A program made the position numbers and the translations under genes. Shown one piece after another: positions 38,403 to 48,792 of a stretch of 64,000 bases of DNA. This stretch comes from Gemmatimonadales bacterium. Its GTDB lineage: Bacteria > Gemmatimonadota > Gemmatimonadetes > Gemmatimonadales > GWC2-71-9. The notes below the pieces were generated by a model. The model was not told where the DNA came from and did no database searches. It saw only the letters and a program-made list of their open reading frames with translations. Positions within the stretch are counted from its first letter, which is position 1; each line of letters begins with the position of its first letter. The stretch spans positions 7,831-71,830 of the forward strand of contig JANRIW010000027.1 of the NCBI GenBank assembly GCA_033764505.1. Direction: 5' to 3'.

Positions 38403-39244
38403 CCGGCGTCACGACCCATCTCCGGCAGCTGCCGGGCGCGACGCTGTTCGAGCGCCGCATCGGCACTGGTCCGGAGGTGATCGTGCTGCATGGCGGTCCC
38501 GGGGCACACCACGATTATCTGCTGCCCGGTTTCGACGCTCTCGGCCACGGCCGCACCCTGGTCTATTACGACCAGCGTGGGGGGGGGAAGAGTGCGGTCG
38601 CCCGCGACGTCCCCGTCGGGTGGCGCGAGCAGGTACACGACCTGGAGGCGTTGCGCGACATCTGGGGGCTCTCCCGGCTCCACCTCTGCGGCTACTCGTG
38701 GGGTGGCCTCCTGGCGATGCTCTACGCGGTGTCCTTTCCCGAGCGGGTGGCTTCGCTGGCGCTGGTCTCCCCGGCGCCGGCCGCCCGTAGCGAACGGGTC
38801 GGATATGAGGCCGCGCTGGCGGCCCGGAATGCCACTCCCGAACTGCTTGCCGCACGCGAGCAGCTCCACGCCAGCGGGCTCCGCGGTGAAGATCTCGGGG
38901 CCTATCAGCAACGGCTCTTCGAGCTGGCAGTCGCCGGATACTTCCACGATCCGTCGCGCGCCAGCGAGCTGACTCCGTTCCGGGTCACCGGCCGGACCCA
39001 GCAGGCGGTGTGGGACTCGCTCGGTGATGACTTCGACCTCCGTCCCGCACTCCGCAAACTTGAAATTCCGGCTCGCGTGGTCCACGGCGACGACGATCCG
39101 ATTCCGCTCGCCACCGCCGCGGCCACCGCTGAGGCACTCGGCGCCGAATGCGTGGTCCTCGCCGATTGTGGTCACGTGCCCCATGTCGAGGCGCTCGACG
39201 GTCTGGTCGCCGCCCTCGACCCGTTCCTGCCGCACGCCCGATGA
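38399..39244 (+). CDS. Alpha/beta hydrolase (proline iminopeptidase-like); start uncertain
   Basis: LHGGPG, YDQRGGG, GYSWGG, HGDDD, CGHVP. Confidence 0.85.
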   Translation: MTGVTTHLRQLPGATLFERRIGTGPEVIVLHGGPGAHHDYLLPGFDALGHGRTLVYYDQRGGGKSAVARDVPVGWREQVHDLEALRDIWGLSRLHLCGYSWGGLLAMLYAVSFPERVASLALVSPAPAARSERVGYEAALAARNATPELLAAREQLHASGLRGEDLGAYQQRLFELAVAGYFHDPSRASELTPFRVTGRTQQAVWDSLGDDFDLRPALRKLEIPARVVHGDDDPIPLATAAATAEALGAECVVLADCGHVPHVEALDGLVAALDPFLPHAR

Positions 39245-39897
39245 GCGTTCCGGAACCGCGCCCGCATCCCTTCGATCTGGTTTTCGGCGACTTGGCTGCC
39301 GAGCGCTTCCCGGCCATCGACGAAGCCGTCGGTGATGCGACCACCCTCGATGCATTCCTGATGGCCACGCCGGCGGTGGAGTTGCTCCACGACTTGCGCC
39401 CGGACGAGGGGCTCGGCGAGGCGGTGGATGATTTCGTGGCCTTTGTTCACGCTGCCTGGCGCTTCCGGGCCGATGGCGGAATCACCCGGGTTCTCGATGC
39501 AGCTGCCACCCGGAATATCTGCGATGACTCTCCGGGAGCACCCCGGATTCCGGCGGGGACGGCACAGTACATTCAGGTGGCTCCCCGGTTGGTCTGGGGA
39601 CGCCTGGCCGATGGCGAATCGTGGGAGCCGCTCGACGGCTGGTTTGTCGTCCCGACCCCCGGCGCCATGAGAGTGGTGGCGTGCTTCGGCCTCCACCCAT
39701 CACGTCCCGGGCTCTCGGTGGTGGCCGCGGAGGCGGAGTTGTTGGGGGGGGGAGAGCCGTTGACTCGCGCCGATGGCACGCCGCCCTTCTCGCCGCTGAT
39801 GGAAGGTGGCGACCGGGCGGGACTGCATGCCGTCCAGACCATCGGAGAATTGCTCGAGCTGGCGTGGCGCGCGATCAACCTGCAGAGCGGAAGATGA
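39241..39897 (+). CDS. Hypothetical protein
   Basis: ATGA-coupled ORF within the operon; no recognised motif. Confidence 0.7.
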   Translation: MSVPEPRPHPFDLVFGDLAAERFPAIDEAVGDATTLDAFLMATPAVELLHDLRPDEGLGEAVDDFVAFVHAAWRFRADGGITRVLDAAATRNICDDSPGAPRIPAGTAQYIQVAPRLVWGRLADGESWEPLDGWFVVPTPGAMRVVACFGLHPSRPGLSVVAAEAELLGGGEPLTRADGTPPFSPLMEGGDRAGLHAVQTIGELLELAWRAINLQSGR

Positions 39898-39904
39898 GGC
39901 GGCA

Positions 39905-41623
39905 ATGACGGTGATGGACCGTACCGAAGTGGCAGCGGCCCTCGAGCGGATCGCCTCCTATCTGGAACTCCGCGGCGAGAACCCCTTCCGGGTCCGCGCC
40001 TTCCGGACGGCGACCCGGACGGTTGAGGGGCTCTCCGGTGACCTCGCAACTGCAATCGCCGATGGCACGCTGGCCGAGGCGAAAGGGATTGGTCCGGCGA
40101 TTCTCGAGGTGATCACCGAACTTGCGAGTACCGGCCGCTCGGAGTTGTTCGAGTCACTGCGCCACGAGGTTCCACCCGGGTTGGTCGAGATGCTGGGGAT
40201 TCCGGGACTCGGGGTCGCCCGCATTCGCCAGATCCACACCACGCTCGGGCTGGAGACCCTGCCGGAACTGGAGGCGGCCGCCCGCGATGGCCGCCTGGCG
40301 CTGTTGCCGCGCTTCGGGGAGCGCACTGCCCAGAACATCCTCAAGGGGATCGCCTTTCTCCGCCAGGCGAGTCAGTGGCGCCTCTGCCACCACGCCCGGG
40401 AGGAAGCCGAGGCGCTGGTGGCGGCGTTGGGCACAGTGCCGCACGTTCTCCAGGCCCACGCCGCCGGCGAAGTGCGGCGCCGCACCGAGGTGGTGAGGGA
40501 ACTGGTTGTGGTTGTGGTGGCCGACGTGCCGCCGGAAGAGGTCTTTCGCTCGATCAGCGAGGCGGTCGGGGTGCGCGAAATTGCCGGTGAGGACGAACGC
40601 CGGGCGACCCTGCGGATGGGGGGGGGGACCACTGTCCAGGTCGTCGTCACTCCGCCGCAGAACGTCGGTGCGGTGCTGGTCCAGGCCACCGGCAGCGAGG
40701 CGCATCTCGCCGCCCTGGCGAGTCACGCCACCGCCCGCGGTTTCACCCTGGCCGGCACCGCACTCTGGCAGGGGAATCGCTTCATTCCCACCCCCGACGA
40801 AGAGACGCTCTACCGCGCTCTCGATCTCCCCTGGATCCCGCCCGAGTTGCGGGAGGATGGCGGCGAAGTGGGTCGACCGGTGCCGCCGCTGGTGGAGCGT
40901 GGCGACATGCTCGGCTTCCTCCACTGCCACACCACCGCCTCCGACGGCAGCAACAATGTGGCCGAGCTGGCGCGGGCGTGCCGTGCGGACGGGTATCGCT
41001 GGCTCGGCATCACTGATCATTCGCGAGCGGCCTCCTACGCTGGAGGGCTGGGGCCGGATGACGTGCGCAGGCAATGGGACGAGATCGATGCCGTCAACGC
41101 CGCCAACCCGGATATCCGCGTCCTCAAGGGAGTCGAGAGCGACATCCTCCCGGATGGCTCACTCGATTACCCGGACGAAATTCTGGCCGGCTTCGATTTC
41201 ATCATCGGCAGCGTGCATTCCCGCTTTGCGATGAGCGAGGCGGAGATGACGGCGCGCTTCCTCCGGGCAATCGAGAATCCGTATCTCACTCTGATCGGCC
41301 ACCCGACCGGCCGGTTGCTGCTGCAGCGCCAGGCCTATCCGCTCGACCTCGACGCCGTCTTTGCAGCAGCAGCAGCGGCCGGAGTGGGCATCGAGATCAA
41401 CGCCGATCCGCATCGTCTGGATCTTGACTGGCGAGTGCTGCCGGCGGCTCGCAAGGCAGGGGTGATGATCAGCATCGGTGCCGATGCCCACAATATCGCC
41501 GGACTTGCCAACGTCGATTACGGTGTTGCGATTGCCCGGAAGGGCGGCCTCGGCCCGGAGGCCGTTCTCAACAGCCGCGATACCGATGGCTTCCTCGCCT
41601 TTGCGCGAGCCCGGTCGCGCTGA
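39905..41623 (+). CDS. polX: Family X DNA polymerase/PHP protein, non-canonical polymerase site
   Basis: [10 protein letters not shown], HhH motifs, ATGS, IPPELRE; PHP motifs HCHT..SDG, TDHS, GHPTGR, DAH. Confidence 0.93.
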   Translation: MTVMDRTEVAAALERIASYLELRGENPFRVRAFRTATRTVEGLSGDLATAIADGTLAEAKGIGPAILEVITELASTGRSELFESLRHEVPPGLVEMLGIPGLGVARIRQIHTTLGLETLPELEAAARDGRLALLPRFGERTAQNILKGIAFLRQASQWRLCHHAREEAEALVAALGTVPHVLQAHAAGEVRRRTEVVRELVVVVVADVPPEEVFRSISEAVGVREIAGEDERRATLRMGGGTTVQVVVTPPQNVGAVLVQATGSEAHLAALASHATARGFTLAGTALWQGNRFIPTPDEETLYRALDLPWIPPELREDGGEVGRPVPPLVERGDMLGFLHCHTTASDGSNNVAELARACRADGYRWLGITDHSRAASYAGGLGPDDVRRQWDEIDAVNAANPDIRVLKGVESDILPDGSLDYPDEILAGFDFIIGSVHSRFAMSEAEMTARFLRAIENPYLTLIGHPTGRLLLQRQAYPLDLDAVFAAAAAAGVGIEINADPHRLDLDWRVLPAARKAGVMISIGADAHNIAGLANVDYGVAIARKGGLGPEAVLNSRDTDGFLAFARARSR

Positions 41624-42309
41624 TGCCGCGTGAAAAGCGGGCCGAACTGCTGGCCCGCACCAATCGCATCCTGGCAATCCTCTCCGCACAGCATCCCGAT
41701 GCCCACTGCGAGCTGGTACACCGCAATCCCTATGAGCTGCTCTGTGCCACCATCCTCTCGGCGCAGTGCACCGATGTCAGGGTCAATCTGGTTACCCCGG
41801 CGCTCTTTGCCCGCTACCCCGATGCCCACGCACTCGCCGCCGCGCGTCAGGAGGACGTCGAAGAGCTGGTGCGCTCCACCGGATTCTTCCGCAACAAGGC
41901 CAAATCGCTGATCGGCATGGCCGGTGCGCTGGTGGCCGACCACGGTGGCGAGGTCCCCGGCACCATGGAGGCCTTGCGGGTGCTACCCGGTGTCGGGCGC
42001 AAGACCGCCAATGTCGTCCTCGGCAACGCCTTCGGGATCAACGCCGGGATCACCGTGGACACCCACGTCAAGCGCATCAGCCGGTTGCTGCACCTCACCC
42101 GGGAGACCGACCCCGATAAGGTGGAAGCAGACCTGATGCGATTGGTGCCCCGAGATGAGTGGACGGTGGTCAGTCACCTGCTGATCTTCCACGGTCGCCG
42201 CACCTGTATCGCCAACCGGCCAAAGTGCGGGGAGTGCTGCATCCGTCTGGAATGCCCGTTCGGAAAGAGAGAAGGAGAGAAGGAGAGAAAGAGAGAAAGG
42301 GAGGGCTGA
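41623..42309 (+). CDS. nth: Endonuclease III
   Basis: [24 protein letters not shown]-x6-C-x2-C-x5-C. Confidence 0.95.
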   Translation: MPREKRAELLARTNRILAILSAQHPDAHCELVHRNPYELLCATILSAQCTDVRVNLVTPALFARYPDAHALAAARQEDVEELVRSTGFFRNKAKSLIGMAGALVADHGGEVPGTMEALRVLPGVGRKTANVVLGNAFGINAGITVDTHVKRISRLLHLTRETDPDKVEADLMRLVPRDEWTVVSHLLIFHGRRTCIANRPKCGECCIRLECPFGKREGEKERKREREG

Positions 42310-42409
42310 TTTCGTTGGCATCTCCTGCTAGATTGGGCAGGAGTGGATGGCGAGTCATTTTCTCTCCTTCTCTCCTTTTCTCTTTCTCTCTTTCTCTCTT
42401 TCTCTCTTT
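42264..42409. repeat. Octamer inverted-arm element overlapping the nth 3' end
   Basis: Five AARGAGAG-type units at 42264-42303; six complementary units at 42362-42409; inner stem CTCCTGC/GCAGGAG. Confidence 0.92.
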
Positions 42410-42424
42410 TTCCGGGCCTGTTGA

Positions 42425-42874
42425 ATGACCAAGATCGCCACCATCGTCACCGAACGCGGCACCATCACGGCCGACCTTTTTCCCGAAGCGGCACCGGGTA
42501 CGGTGGAGAACTTCGAGAAGCTGGCCAACAGCGAGTTCTATGACGGTACCCGATTCCACCGGGTGATCCGCAACTTCGTGATCCAGGGCGGCGACCCGCT
42601 GTCGAAGGATCCCGCCAACCCGCGGGTCGGGACGGGTGGACCCGGTTGGAAGATCAAGTGCGAAACGGCCGGCAATCCTCACAAGCACAGCGCCGGTTCG
42701 CTGTCGATGGCTCACGCCGGCAAGGATACGGGGGGGAGCCAGTTTTTCATTGCCCACTCGCCGCAGCCGCATCTCGACGGGGTTCACACCGTCTTCGGCC
42801 AGGTGACCGAGGGAATGGACGTGGTCCTCGCGATCGCGCAGGGTGATGTCGTCACCTCCATCCGGGTGAGCTGA
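42425..42874 (+). CDS. Cyclophilin-type peptidyl-prolyl isomerase
   Basis: [36 protein letters not shown]. Confidence 0.95.
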   Translation: MTKIATIVTERGTITADLFPEAAPGTVENFEKLANSEFYDGTRFHRVIRNFVIQGGDPLSKDPANPRVGTGGPGWKIKCETAGNPHKHSAGSLSMAHAGKDTGGSQFFIAHSPQPHLDGVHTVFGQVTEGMDVVLAIAQGDVVTSIRVS

Positions 42875-43299
42875 ACATCAGGATCGACCTCGCCCTGCTG
42901 GCTGACCATGCCCTGGTCGACCAGCAGGGAAAACTCTCGGTGATCGGGATCTGGCGCCAAGTGATGCTGGGGCAGTTTCCGGGCGTCCACGCCCGGGCGC
43001 ATCTGGTGCTGATCCTGAGGGGGGGGCAGGCCGATGTCGGAGTTCACCGGGTGGCCTTCCGGCTGGAGCAGGCCGGCGGTACCGTGCTGATGGAGCACGG
43101 GGGCGAAATCCAGTTGCGCGAGCCGCCCGCCGGCCTGAGCGAAGTGGAGGCACCCGGCATCATCGTGATCGACCTTCCGTTCCAACACCCTGGAGAGCAT
43201 GCTGTCGTCGTCCAGATCGATGGCCGGGAGGCAGCTCGTCTGCCGATCACCGCCGTACGCGTGCCGGCCCAGCCTCCGGTCGGCGGACAGCTGCACTGA
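42871..43299 (+). CDS. Hypothetical beta-sandwich protein (DUF6941-like); start uncertain
   Basis: Frame reads [24 protein letters not shown]...F..PGEH, beginning upstream of the first GTG (42940). Confidence 0.65.
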   Translation: MNIRIDLALLADHALVDQQGKLSVIGIWRQVMLGQFPGVHARAHLVLILRGGQADVGVHRVAFRLEQAGGTVLMEHGGEIQLREPPAGLSEVEAPGIIVIDLPFQHPGEHAVVVQIDGREAARLPITAVRVPAQPPVGGQLH

Positions 43300-43370
43300 T
43301 CGGCTCGGCCGACATCGGCGAGCCATGCCGCAGTGTTCGCTTTCGCGGTCCCAAGAGGTAGAATTCCGCC

Positions 43371-43964
43371 ATGTCTGATACCACATCCTGGCCGCGCGAG
43401 CGCGCCTTGGCACTGCTCGAGGAATGGACCGTCTCGCCGGCGCTCAGGGTCCACATGCGCGCGGTCGAACTGGTCCTTCGCCACCTGGCACCGCGCTACG
43501 GTGGGGACCCCGAGTGGTGGGGCGTGGTGGGGCTCCTGCACGACTTTGACTACGAGCGGTTCCCCAACGAGGATCGGGCAGCCGACCGGGAGCATCCCAC
43601 CGAAGGGGTGAACCATCTGCGCTCGCTCGGATTTCCCGAAGAGGGTTGCCAGGCAATTCTCGGTCACGCCGAGTTTACCGGCACGGCCCGAACCACCGAT
43701 CTGGCACGAGTGCTGTTCGCCGCCGATGAACTGGCCGGCTTCGTGGTGGCGTGCGCCCTGGTGCGTCCCTCGCGTTCGCTGGCTGACCTGGCCGTGCCGT
43801 CGGTGCGAAAGAAGCTCAAGGACAAGGCGTTCGCTCGCGGGGTCAGTCGCGACGATGTGTACCTGGGAGCGGAACAGCTCGGGGTTCCCCTCGATGAATT
43901 GATTGGCGAAGTGATCAGTGCGCTCAGCCCTCACGAGCGGGAGCTCGGGCTCGGCGGGAGCTGA
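43371..43964 (+). CDS. HD-domain metal-dependent hydrolase
   Basis: HMRAVE, GLLHDFDYE, AILGH, ADELAG, KDKAFARGV. Confidence 0.9.
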   Translation: MSDTTSWPRERALALLEEWTVSPALRVHMRAVELVLRHLAPRYGGDPEWWGVVGLLHDFDYERFPNEDRAADREHPTEGVNHLRSLGFPEEGCQAILGHAEFTGTARTTDLARVLFAADELAGFVVACALVRPSRSLADLAVPSVRKKLKDKAFARGVSRDDVYLGAEQLGVPLDELIGEVISALSPHERELGLGGS

Positions 43965-43965
43965 G

Positions 43966-45378
43966 ATGCTGGTCCGCCCGCTCCGGGTGGCCTCGGCGCT
44001 TCCGTTGGAGCGGGCGGCCGACCGGATCGCAGGTACCACGGCCATCCCCGGCAACCGGGTCGAGCCGCTCTTCGATGGTCCCGACAACTACGCTGCCATG
44101 CATGCGCTGATCGCCGGCGCACGCACGCGCATTCACCTGGAGAATTACATCATCCGGGATGACGCGACCGGCGAGCAATTTGCCAGGGCGCTGATAAACC
44201 GGGCCCAGGCCGGTGTGGCCGTCCGGGTACTCCATGACTGGCTGGGGTCGTTCGGTACCAGTCGTCGCTACTGGGACCGACTGCGGGCCGCGGGGGTGGA
44301 GGTTGCCTCTTTCGGGCCGCCGTCTTGGCGTGATCCGCTGGTGATATTCGCCCGCAATCACCGCAAGCTGCTGGTGGTCGATGGCGAGCGGGCGGTAACC
44401 GGCGGCCTCTGCATCGGCGACGAATGGGTTGGTGATCGCGACCATCATCGACTCCCCTGGCGTGACACCGCCTTGGCCGTTGATGGTCCCGCCTGCCGGA
44501 TGTTGGAGGGGAGTTTCGCCCGCGCGTGGTCGTTCGCCGGCGGTGCCCCCCCCAACGATGCAGCAGAGCTTGCGGCCGACGTCCCTGCCATGGGCGATGT
44601 GGCGGTGCGGGTGGTCGCCACGGAACCCGGGCGCGAGCGCAATTACCGGGCAATAGACCTGCTGCTGGGGGTTGCAGCCGAACGGCTCTGGATAACCGAG
44701 GCCTATCTCGCCGCGCCGCAGCGTTTGTATCAGGGCATCATCGACGCGGCACGTGATGGGGTCGACGTCAGACTCCTGCTGCCCGGAACCAGTGATCTCT
44801 CCGCCGTCCGCAATCTGTCGCGGGTGGCCTACCGGGGACTGCTGCGTGCTGGAGTGCGGATCTGGGAGTGGCAGGGGCCGATGCTCCACGCCAAGACAAT
44901 GGTGGTCGATGGTCGCTGGGTGCGGATCGGGTCGAGCAACCTGAACCCATCATCGCTGCTCGCCAATTGGGAGCTGGATCTCCTGGTGGACGATGAGCGG
45001 CTGGCTACCCGGCTCGAACACCGCTTCCTGCAAGACCTCTCCCACGCCGGCGAAGTGGTTCGGCGGCCGCGCCAGCTGCCCGGTTTGGGGGTGCCAGTTC
45101 CCGCCGCCATCGAGCGCCGTCGTCCGGCCGATAACACCCCGCTGCCGCGACACGACCCGAGCGGCCTCGAACGCCGCCGCCGGTTCCTGGTCACGGCGGC
45201 CTCCTTTGTTCAGGGAGCCCGGGCTGCGGTCTTCGGTCCGCTAGCGGGAGTGGCTCTCCTGGCAGGGCTGCTGTTTCTGCTCTTCCCCGTGCCAGCAGCC
45301 TACACCGCCGCGGTCCTTTCACTGGCCTTCGGGGCGGCGCTGGTGGTGCGCGCGGCAGGACATCGTTCCCGTGAATGA
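43966..45378 (+). CDS. Cardiolipin synthase-like phospholipase D
   Basis: Two HKD motifs: HRKLLVVD and HAKTMVVD...GSSN. Confidence 0.92.
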   Translation: MLVRPLRVASALPLERAADRIAGTTAIPGNRVEPLFDGPDNYAAMHALIAGARTRIHLENYIIRDDATGEQFARALINRAQAGVAVRVLHDWLGSFGTSRRYWDRLRAAGVEVASFGPPSWRDPLVIFARNHRKLLVVDGERAVTGGLCIGDEWVGDRDHHRLPWRDTALAVDGPACRMLEGSFARAWSFAGGAPPNDAAELAADVPAMGDVAVRVVATEPGRERNYRAIDLLLGVAAERLWITEAYLAAPQRLYQGIIDAARDGVDVRLLLPGTSDLSAVRNLSRVAYRGLLRAGVRIWEWQGPMLHAKTMVVDGRWVRIGSSNLNPSSLLANWELDLLVDDERLATRLEHRFLQDLSHAGEVVRRPRQLPGLGVPVPAAIERRRPADNTPLPRHDPSGLERRRRFLVTAASFVQGARAAVFGPLAGVALLAGLLFLLFPVPAAYTAAVLSLAFGAALVVRAAGHRSRE

Positions 45379-45405
45379 CCTCAACCTCCCCTCCCGAGGC
45401 CGCGT

Positions 45406-45960
45406 ATGACGGGCGTGGATGAGACCGAGCTCGCCGCGAGGGCAGCAGAGGGCAGCGAAGAGGCCTTCGGGGAGCTCGTGGCGATTCACGCGCCGATGGC
45501 GCGACGGGTCGCCTACACCATCCTGGAAGATCAGGAGGACGCCGATGATGCGGCACAGGACGGCTTCCTCTCGGCATGGCAGGCGATCGGGCGGTACGAT
45601 GCCAGGCGGGCCTTCAGGCCCTGGTTGATGCAGATCGTGGTCAATGCCGCCCGCGATCTCCGCCGACGCAGGCGGGTGAGGGCGGCGGAGCCACTCGACC
45701 ACGTGGCGGCCGCTGCCCGGGACAACCCGGCGGGAGAGGTGGGTGCGCTCGACCTCGGAGAGAAACTCCGGGCAGCGCTGGCCACCTTGCCGGAGCGGCA
45801 ACGGCTGGCGGTGGTGCTCTTCGATGCCGAAGGGTATCCGCAGGCCGAGATAGCCAGGATGTTGGGGATCCCGGAAGGGACGGTCAAGTCGGATGTGTTT
45901 CACGGTCGCCGGGCACTGCGCAAGGTGCTCGAAAGCGTCAAGGAGGAATGGGATGAGTGA
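45406..45960 (+). CDS. ECF RNA polymerase sigma factor
   Basis: DADDAAQDGF, FRPWL, EIARMLGIPEGTVKS. Confidence 0.93.
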   Translation: MTGVDETELAARAAEGSEEAFGELVAIHAPMARRVAYTILEDQEDADDAAQDGFLSAWQAIGRYDARRAFRPWLMQIVVNAARDLRRRRRVRAAEPLDHVAAAARDNPAGEVGALDLGEKLRAALATLPERQRLAVVLFDAEGYPQAEIARMLGIPEGTVKSDVFHGRRALRKVLESVKEEWDE

Positions 45961-46285
45961 TCTGTCGCCGTTGGATGCCGTAGCCGACCCCAAACTGGGC
46001 CGGGTATTGCGCATGGCGCTGGACCGGCCTCACGACGGCGCCTTCGTGGCGCGGGTGCGGGCACGACTGGGACGGACCGATCGCGGCTGGGACGAGGTGC
46101 TCGCCGGCTGGTTCTGGCAGGGCCTCGCGGCGGCGTCGCTGGTCGCGGCCTTCGCGGCCGGCTGGGCCGCGATGTCTACCGGTGCGACTGCGGGTGAGGT
46201 CCAGGAATCAATGGCGGTGCAACTTCTCGACGGACAGAGCCCCGGATCGGATCTCCTCTTGACGTCGCTGGCGGGGAACCGATGA
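45953..46285 (+). CDS. Putative single-TM anti-sigma factor
   Basis: Overlaps the sigma gene; FVARVRARL followed by a TM helix. Confidence 0.6.
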   Translation: MSDLSPLDAVADPKLGRVLRMALDRPHDGAFVARVRARLGRTDRGWDEVLAGWFWQGLAAASLVAAFAAGWAAMSTGATAGEVQESMAVQLLDGQSPGSDLLLTSLAGNR

Positions 46286-46734
46286 ATACCTCGACTACCC
46301 GCGCCGTCGTCCTGCTCGGGACGGCTTTCGCTCTTGGCGCGATCGCCGGCGGGGCCGGGATGGCGGCGGCAGCCCGGTCCGGCAAGGTCGAGATCGACCG
46401 TCGCGGCCGCGGTGGCCGGGACGCCATGGGGTGGCTGCGTGAACTGCAGGTCACCGAGGCGCAGCGCGACACCATAACCTCGATCTACAAGCGCGATGGC
46501 GCCGGAATTGATTCCCTGATGGCCCTGATCCGGCCCCAGACTGACTCGCTCTTCGAGTTGATCCGCCCCCAGGTCGAAACTCGCCGCGCCGAGACCCGTC
46601 GTGAGGTGCGCACGCTACTTACGCCGCCTCAACAGGAAAGGTACGACAGTATGGTACGAGCTTATGACGAACAGCGCCGCAAGACGCGAGAGACCAACCG
46701 ATCTGGCTCCGGAGGCTCCCGTGCGCATCGGTAA
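46282..46734 (+). CDS. Spy/CpxP-like periplasmic helical protein
   Basis: ELQVTEAQ and LLTPPQQERY (LTxxQ motifs). Confidence 0.65.
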   Translation: MNTSTTRAVVLLGTAFALGAIAGGAGMAAAARSGKVEIDRRGRGGRDAMGWLRELQVTEAQRDTITSIYKRDGAGIDSLMALIRPQTDSLFELIRPQVETRRAETRREVRTLLTPPQQERYDSMVRAYDEQRRKTRETNRSGSGGSRAHR

Positions 46735-48034
46735 CGCGCCGTTTGTCCTTGCCGCTGCCGCTCTGGTCTCTGTGGCGCCCTTGGGTGCCCAGGTACCCCG
46801 GGCGATCTCCCTGCAGGAAGCGCTGCAGCGCTCGCTGGCGGTGCAGCCCAACGTGATCCAGGCAGCCAACCAGATCCGGACCGGCGAGCTGCGTACCCGG
46901 AGCGCCTGGGGCGCCTACCTGCCTACCCTAACGGGCACGAGCAACGGCAGCCGCAACTTCTCCGAGGGCGTCTCACGTATCGACCCCGCCACCGGCCAGC
47001 TCATCAGCGGCGACCGGACCACCCAGAACGTCGGATTCGGGCTCAACGCCGGGATCGAGCTCTTCGACGGTTTCCGCCGCAGCAATGAGCTCAAGTCGGC
47101 TCGTGCCGCCGAGGATGCCCTGGAGGCCAATTATGTCGACATCCAGTTCCAAAATGCTCTGACCACCACCGAGGCGTTCTTCGCAGCTCTCAGTGCCCAG
47201 CAGCAGCTGCGGGTGCGGACGGCCGCCGTCGAGCGCGCCGAAGAACAGTTCAAGGTGGCGGTGGCACGGCTGCAGGCCGGGGCGGCCAACCGCTCCGACT
47301 CGCTGCGTTCCTTCGTGACCCGCGGGCAGGCGCAGTTGCAGCGGTTGCAGCAGGAAGTCACCCTGGCCACCGCCGAGGCCAACCTCGGCCGCCTGGTGGG
47401 TAGCACGGAGCGCGTGGCCGCGCTCGACGACTCGGGGTTCTATAGTCCCCCGGTGATGCTGGACACACTGGCGCTCAGGCAGGAAGCGCTTTCGGTCTCG
47501 CCACGGGTGCGAAACGCCGAGCTCTCCCTGCGCGCAGCCGAGGCCTCGGCCAGGCAGGCCCGCTCCACCTACTGGCCCACGCTGAACCTGGCGCTGAACC
47601 AGAACTGGTCGGGAAACAACATCAACGACTACCAGCTGTTCCAGACGCGCAGTGCGTCGCTGTCGGTCAATTGGCAGTTGTTCAATCGCTTCGGTCGCGA
47701 GCAGCAGGCGGAGCAGGCGTCGCTCAACGTGATCAACGCCGAGGCGACCGCCGAGGAGGCGCGCCGTCAGGTGGTGGCCAACCTGACCCAGCGACTCGCC
47801 GAACTCGGTTCGGCCGAACAGCAGGTGGAATTTGCCCGGACCAACGTGGAGGCCGCCACCGAGGATCTGCGCATCGTCAACGAGCGCTACAAGGTCGGTG
47901 TCGCCACGATCGTCGATGTGGTTACCTCGCAGGAGCAGCTGACCACGGCCGAGGTCCAGCTGGTCGATGCCCGTTTCGCCTTCCTCCGTGCCAAGGCGCA
48001 GCTCGAGGCGATCCTCGGGAGGACGCTGCAATGA
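46721..48034 (+). CDS. TolC-family outer membrane protein
   Basis: [19 protein letters not shown] repeats, ERYKVG. Confidence 0.9.
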   Translation: MRIGNAPFVLAAAALVSVAPLGAQVPRAISLQEALQRSLAVQPNVIQAANQIRTGELRTRSAWGAYLPTLTGTSNGSRNFSEGVSRIDPATGQLISGDRTTQNVGFGLNAGIELFDGFRRSNELKSARAAEDALEANYVDIQFQNALTTTEAFFAALSAQQQLRVRTAAVERAEEQFKVAVARLQAGAANRSDSLRSFVTRGQAQLQRLQQEVTLATAEANLGRLVGSTERVAALDDSGFYSPPVMLDTLALRQEALSVSPRVRNAELSLRAAEASARQARSTYWPTLNLALNQNWSGNNINDYQLFQTRSASLSVNWQLFNRFGREQQAEQASLNVINAEATAEEARRQVVANLTQRLAELGSAEQQVEFARTNVEAATEDLRIVNERYKVGVATIVDVVTSQEQLTTAEVQLVDARFAFLRAKAQLEAILGRTLQ

Positions 48035-48792
48035 GCAAGGACATCCTGACCACCGCCGAGCGGATGGCGAAGCTCCCGGCAGACGTCCCTCGCGACGCCG
48101 TGATCGTCACGCGCAATCTCAAGCGCGAGTACGTGATGGGAAGCGAAATCGTCCATGCCCTGCAGGGTGTCGATGTGACCATCCGCCGCAACGAATTCGT
48201 CGCAATCATGGGACCGTCCGGCTCCGGCAAGTCGACGCTGATGAACATGATCGGCTGCCTCGACACGCCGAGCGAGGGCGAATACTGGCTCAACGGCTAT
48301 CGCGTCAGCGAACTCGATGACGACGCCCTGGCCCGGATCCGGAACAAGGAAATCGGTTTCGTGTTCCAGACCTTCAACTTGCTGCCGCGGGCCACTTCGC
48401 TCGCCAATGTCGAGTTGCCGATGGTGTACGCCGGCGCAAGCGCCAAGGAGCGTCGCGATCGCGCCCGCGATGCACTCACCCAGGTCGGCCTCGGCGACCG
48501 CATGGACCACCGCCCGAACGAGCTCTCGGGCGGCCAGCGGCAGCGGGTGGCAATTGCCCGTGCGCTGGTCAACCGTCCGTCGATCATCCTCGCCGATGAA
48601 CCGACGGGCAACCTCGACTCGGCCACCTCGGTCGAGATCATGGCGCTGTTCGAGACCCTGCATGGCCAGGGCCAGACCATCATTCTTGTCACACACGAAC
48701 CCGACATTGCCACGCACGCGCATCGCCAGATCATCCTCCGGGATGGGCTGGTCGCCAGTGACGGCAGTACCCGGGTGGGGGTTTCCGCGTGA
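48031..48792 (+). CDS. MacB/LolD-type ABC ATPase
   Basis: [33 protein letters not shown]. Confidence 0.95.
   Translation: MSKDILTTAERMAKLPADVPRDAVIVTRNLKREYVMGSEIVHALQGVDVTIRRNEFVAIMGPSGSGKSTLMNMIGCLDTPSEGEYWLNGYRVSELDDDALARIRNKEIGFVFQTFNLLPRATSLANVELPMVYAGASAKERRDRARDALTQVGLGDRMDHRPNELSGGQRQRVAIARALVNRPSIILADEPTGNLDSATSVEIMALFETLHGQGQTIILVTHEPDIATHAHRQIILRDGLVASDGSTRVGVSA

Noticed and set aside
7806-40627. Other G9-G10 tracts (for example 7806, 11229, 38579, 40618) as phase-variable switches
   Set aside because: Those inside genes are in frame and encode Gly runs, with no sign of disruption.
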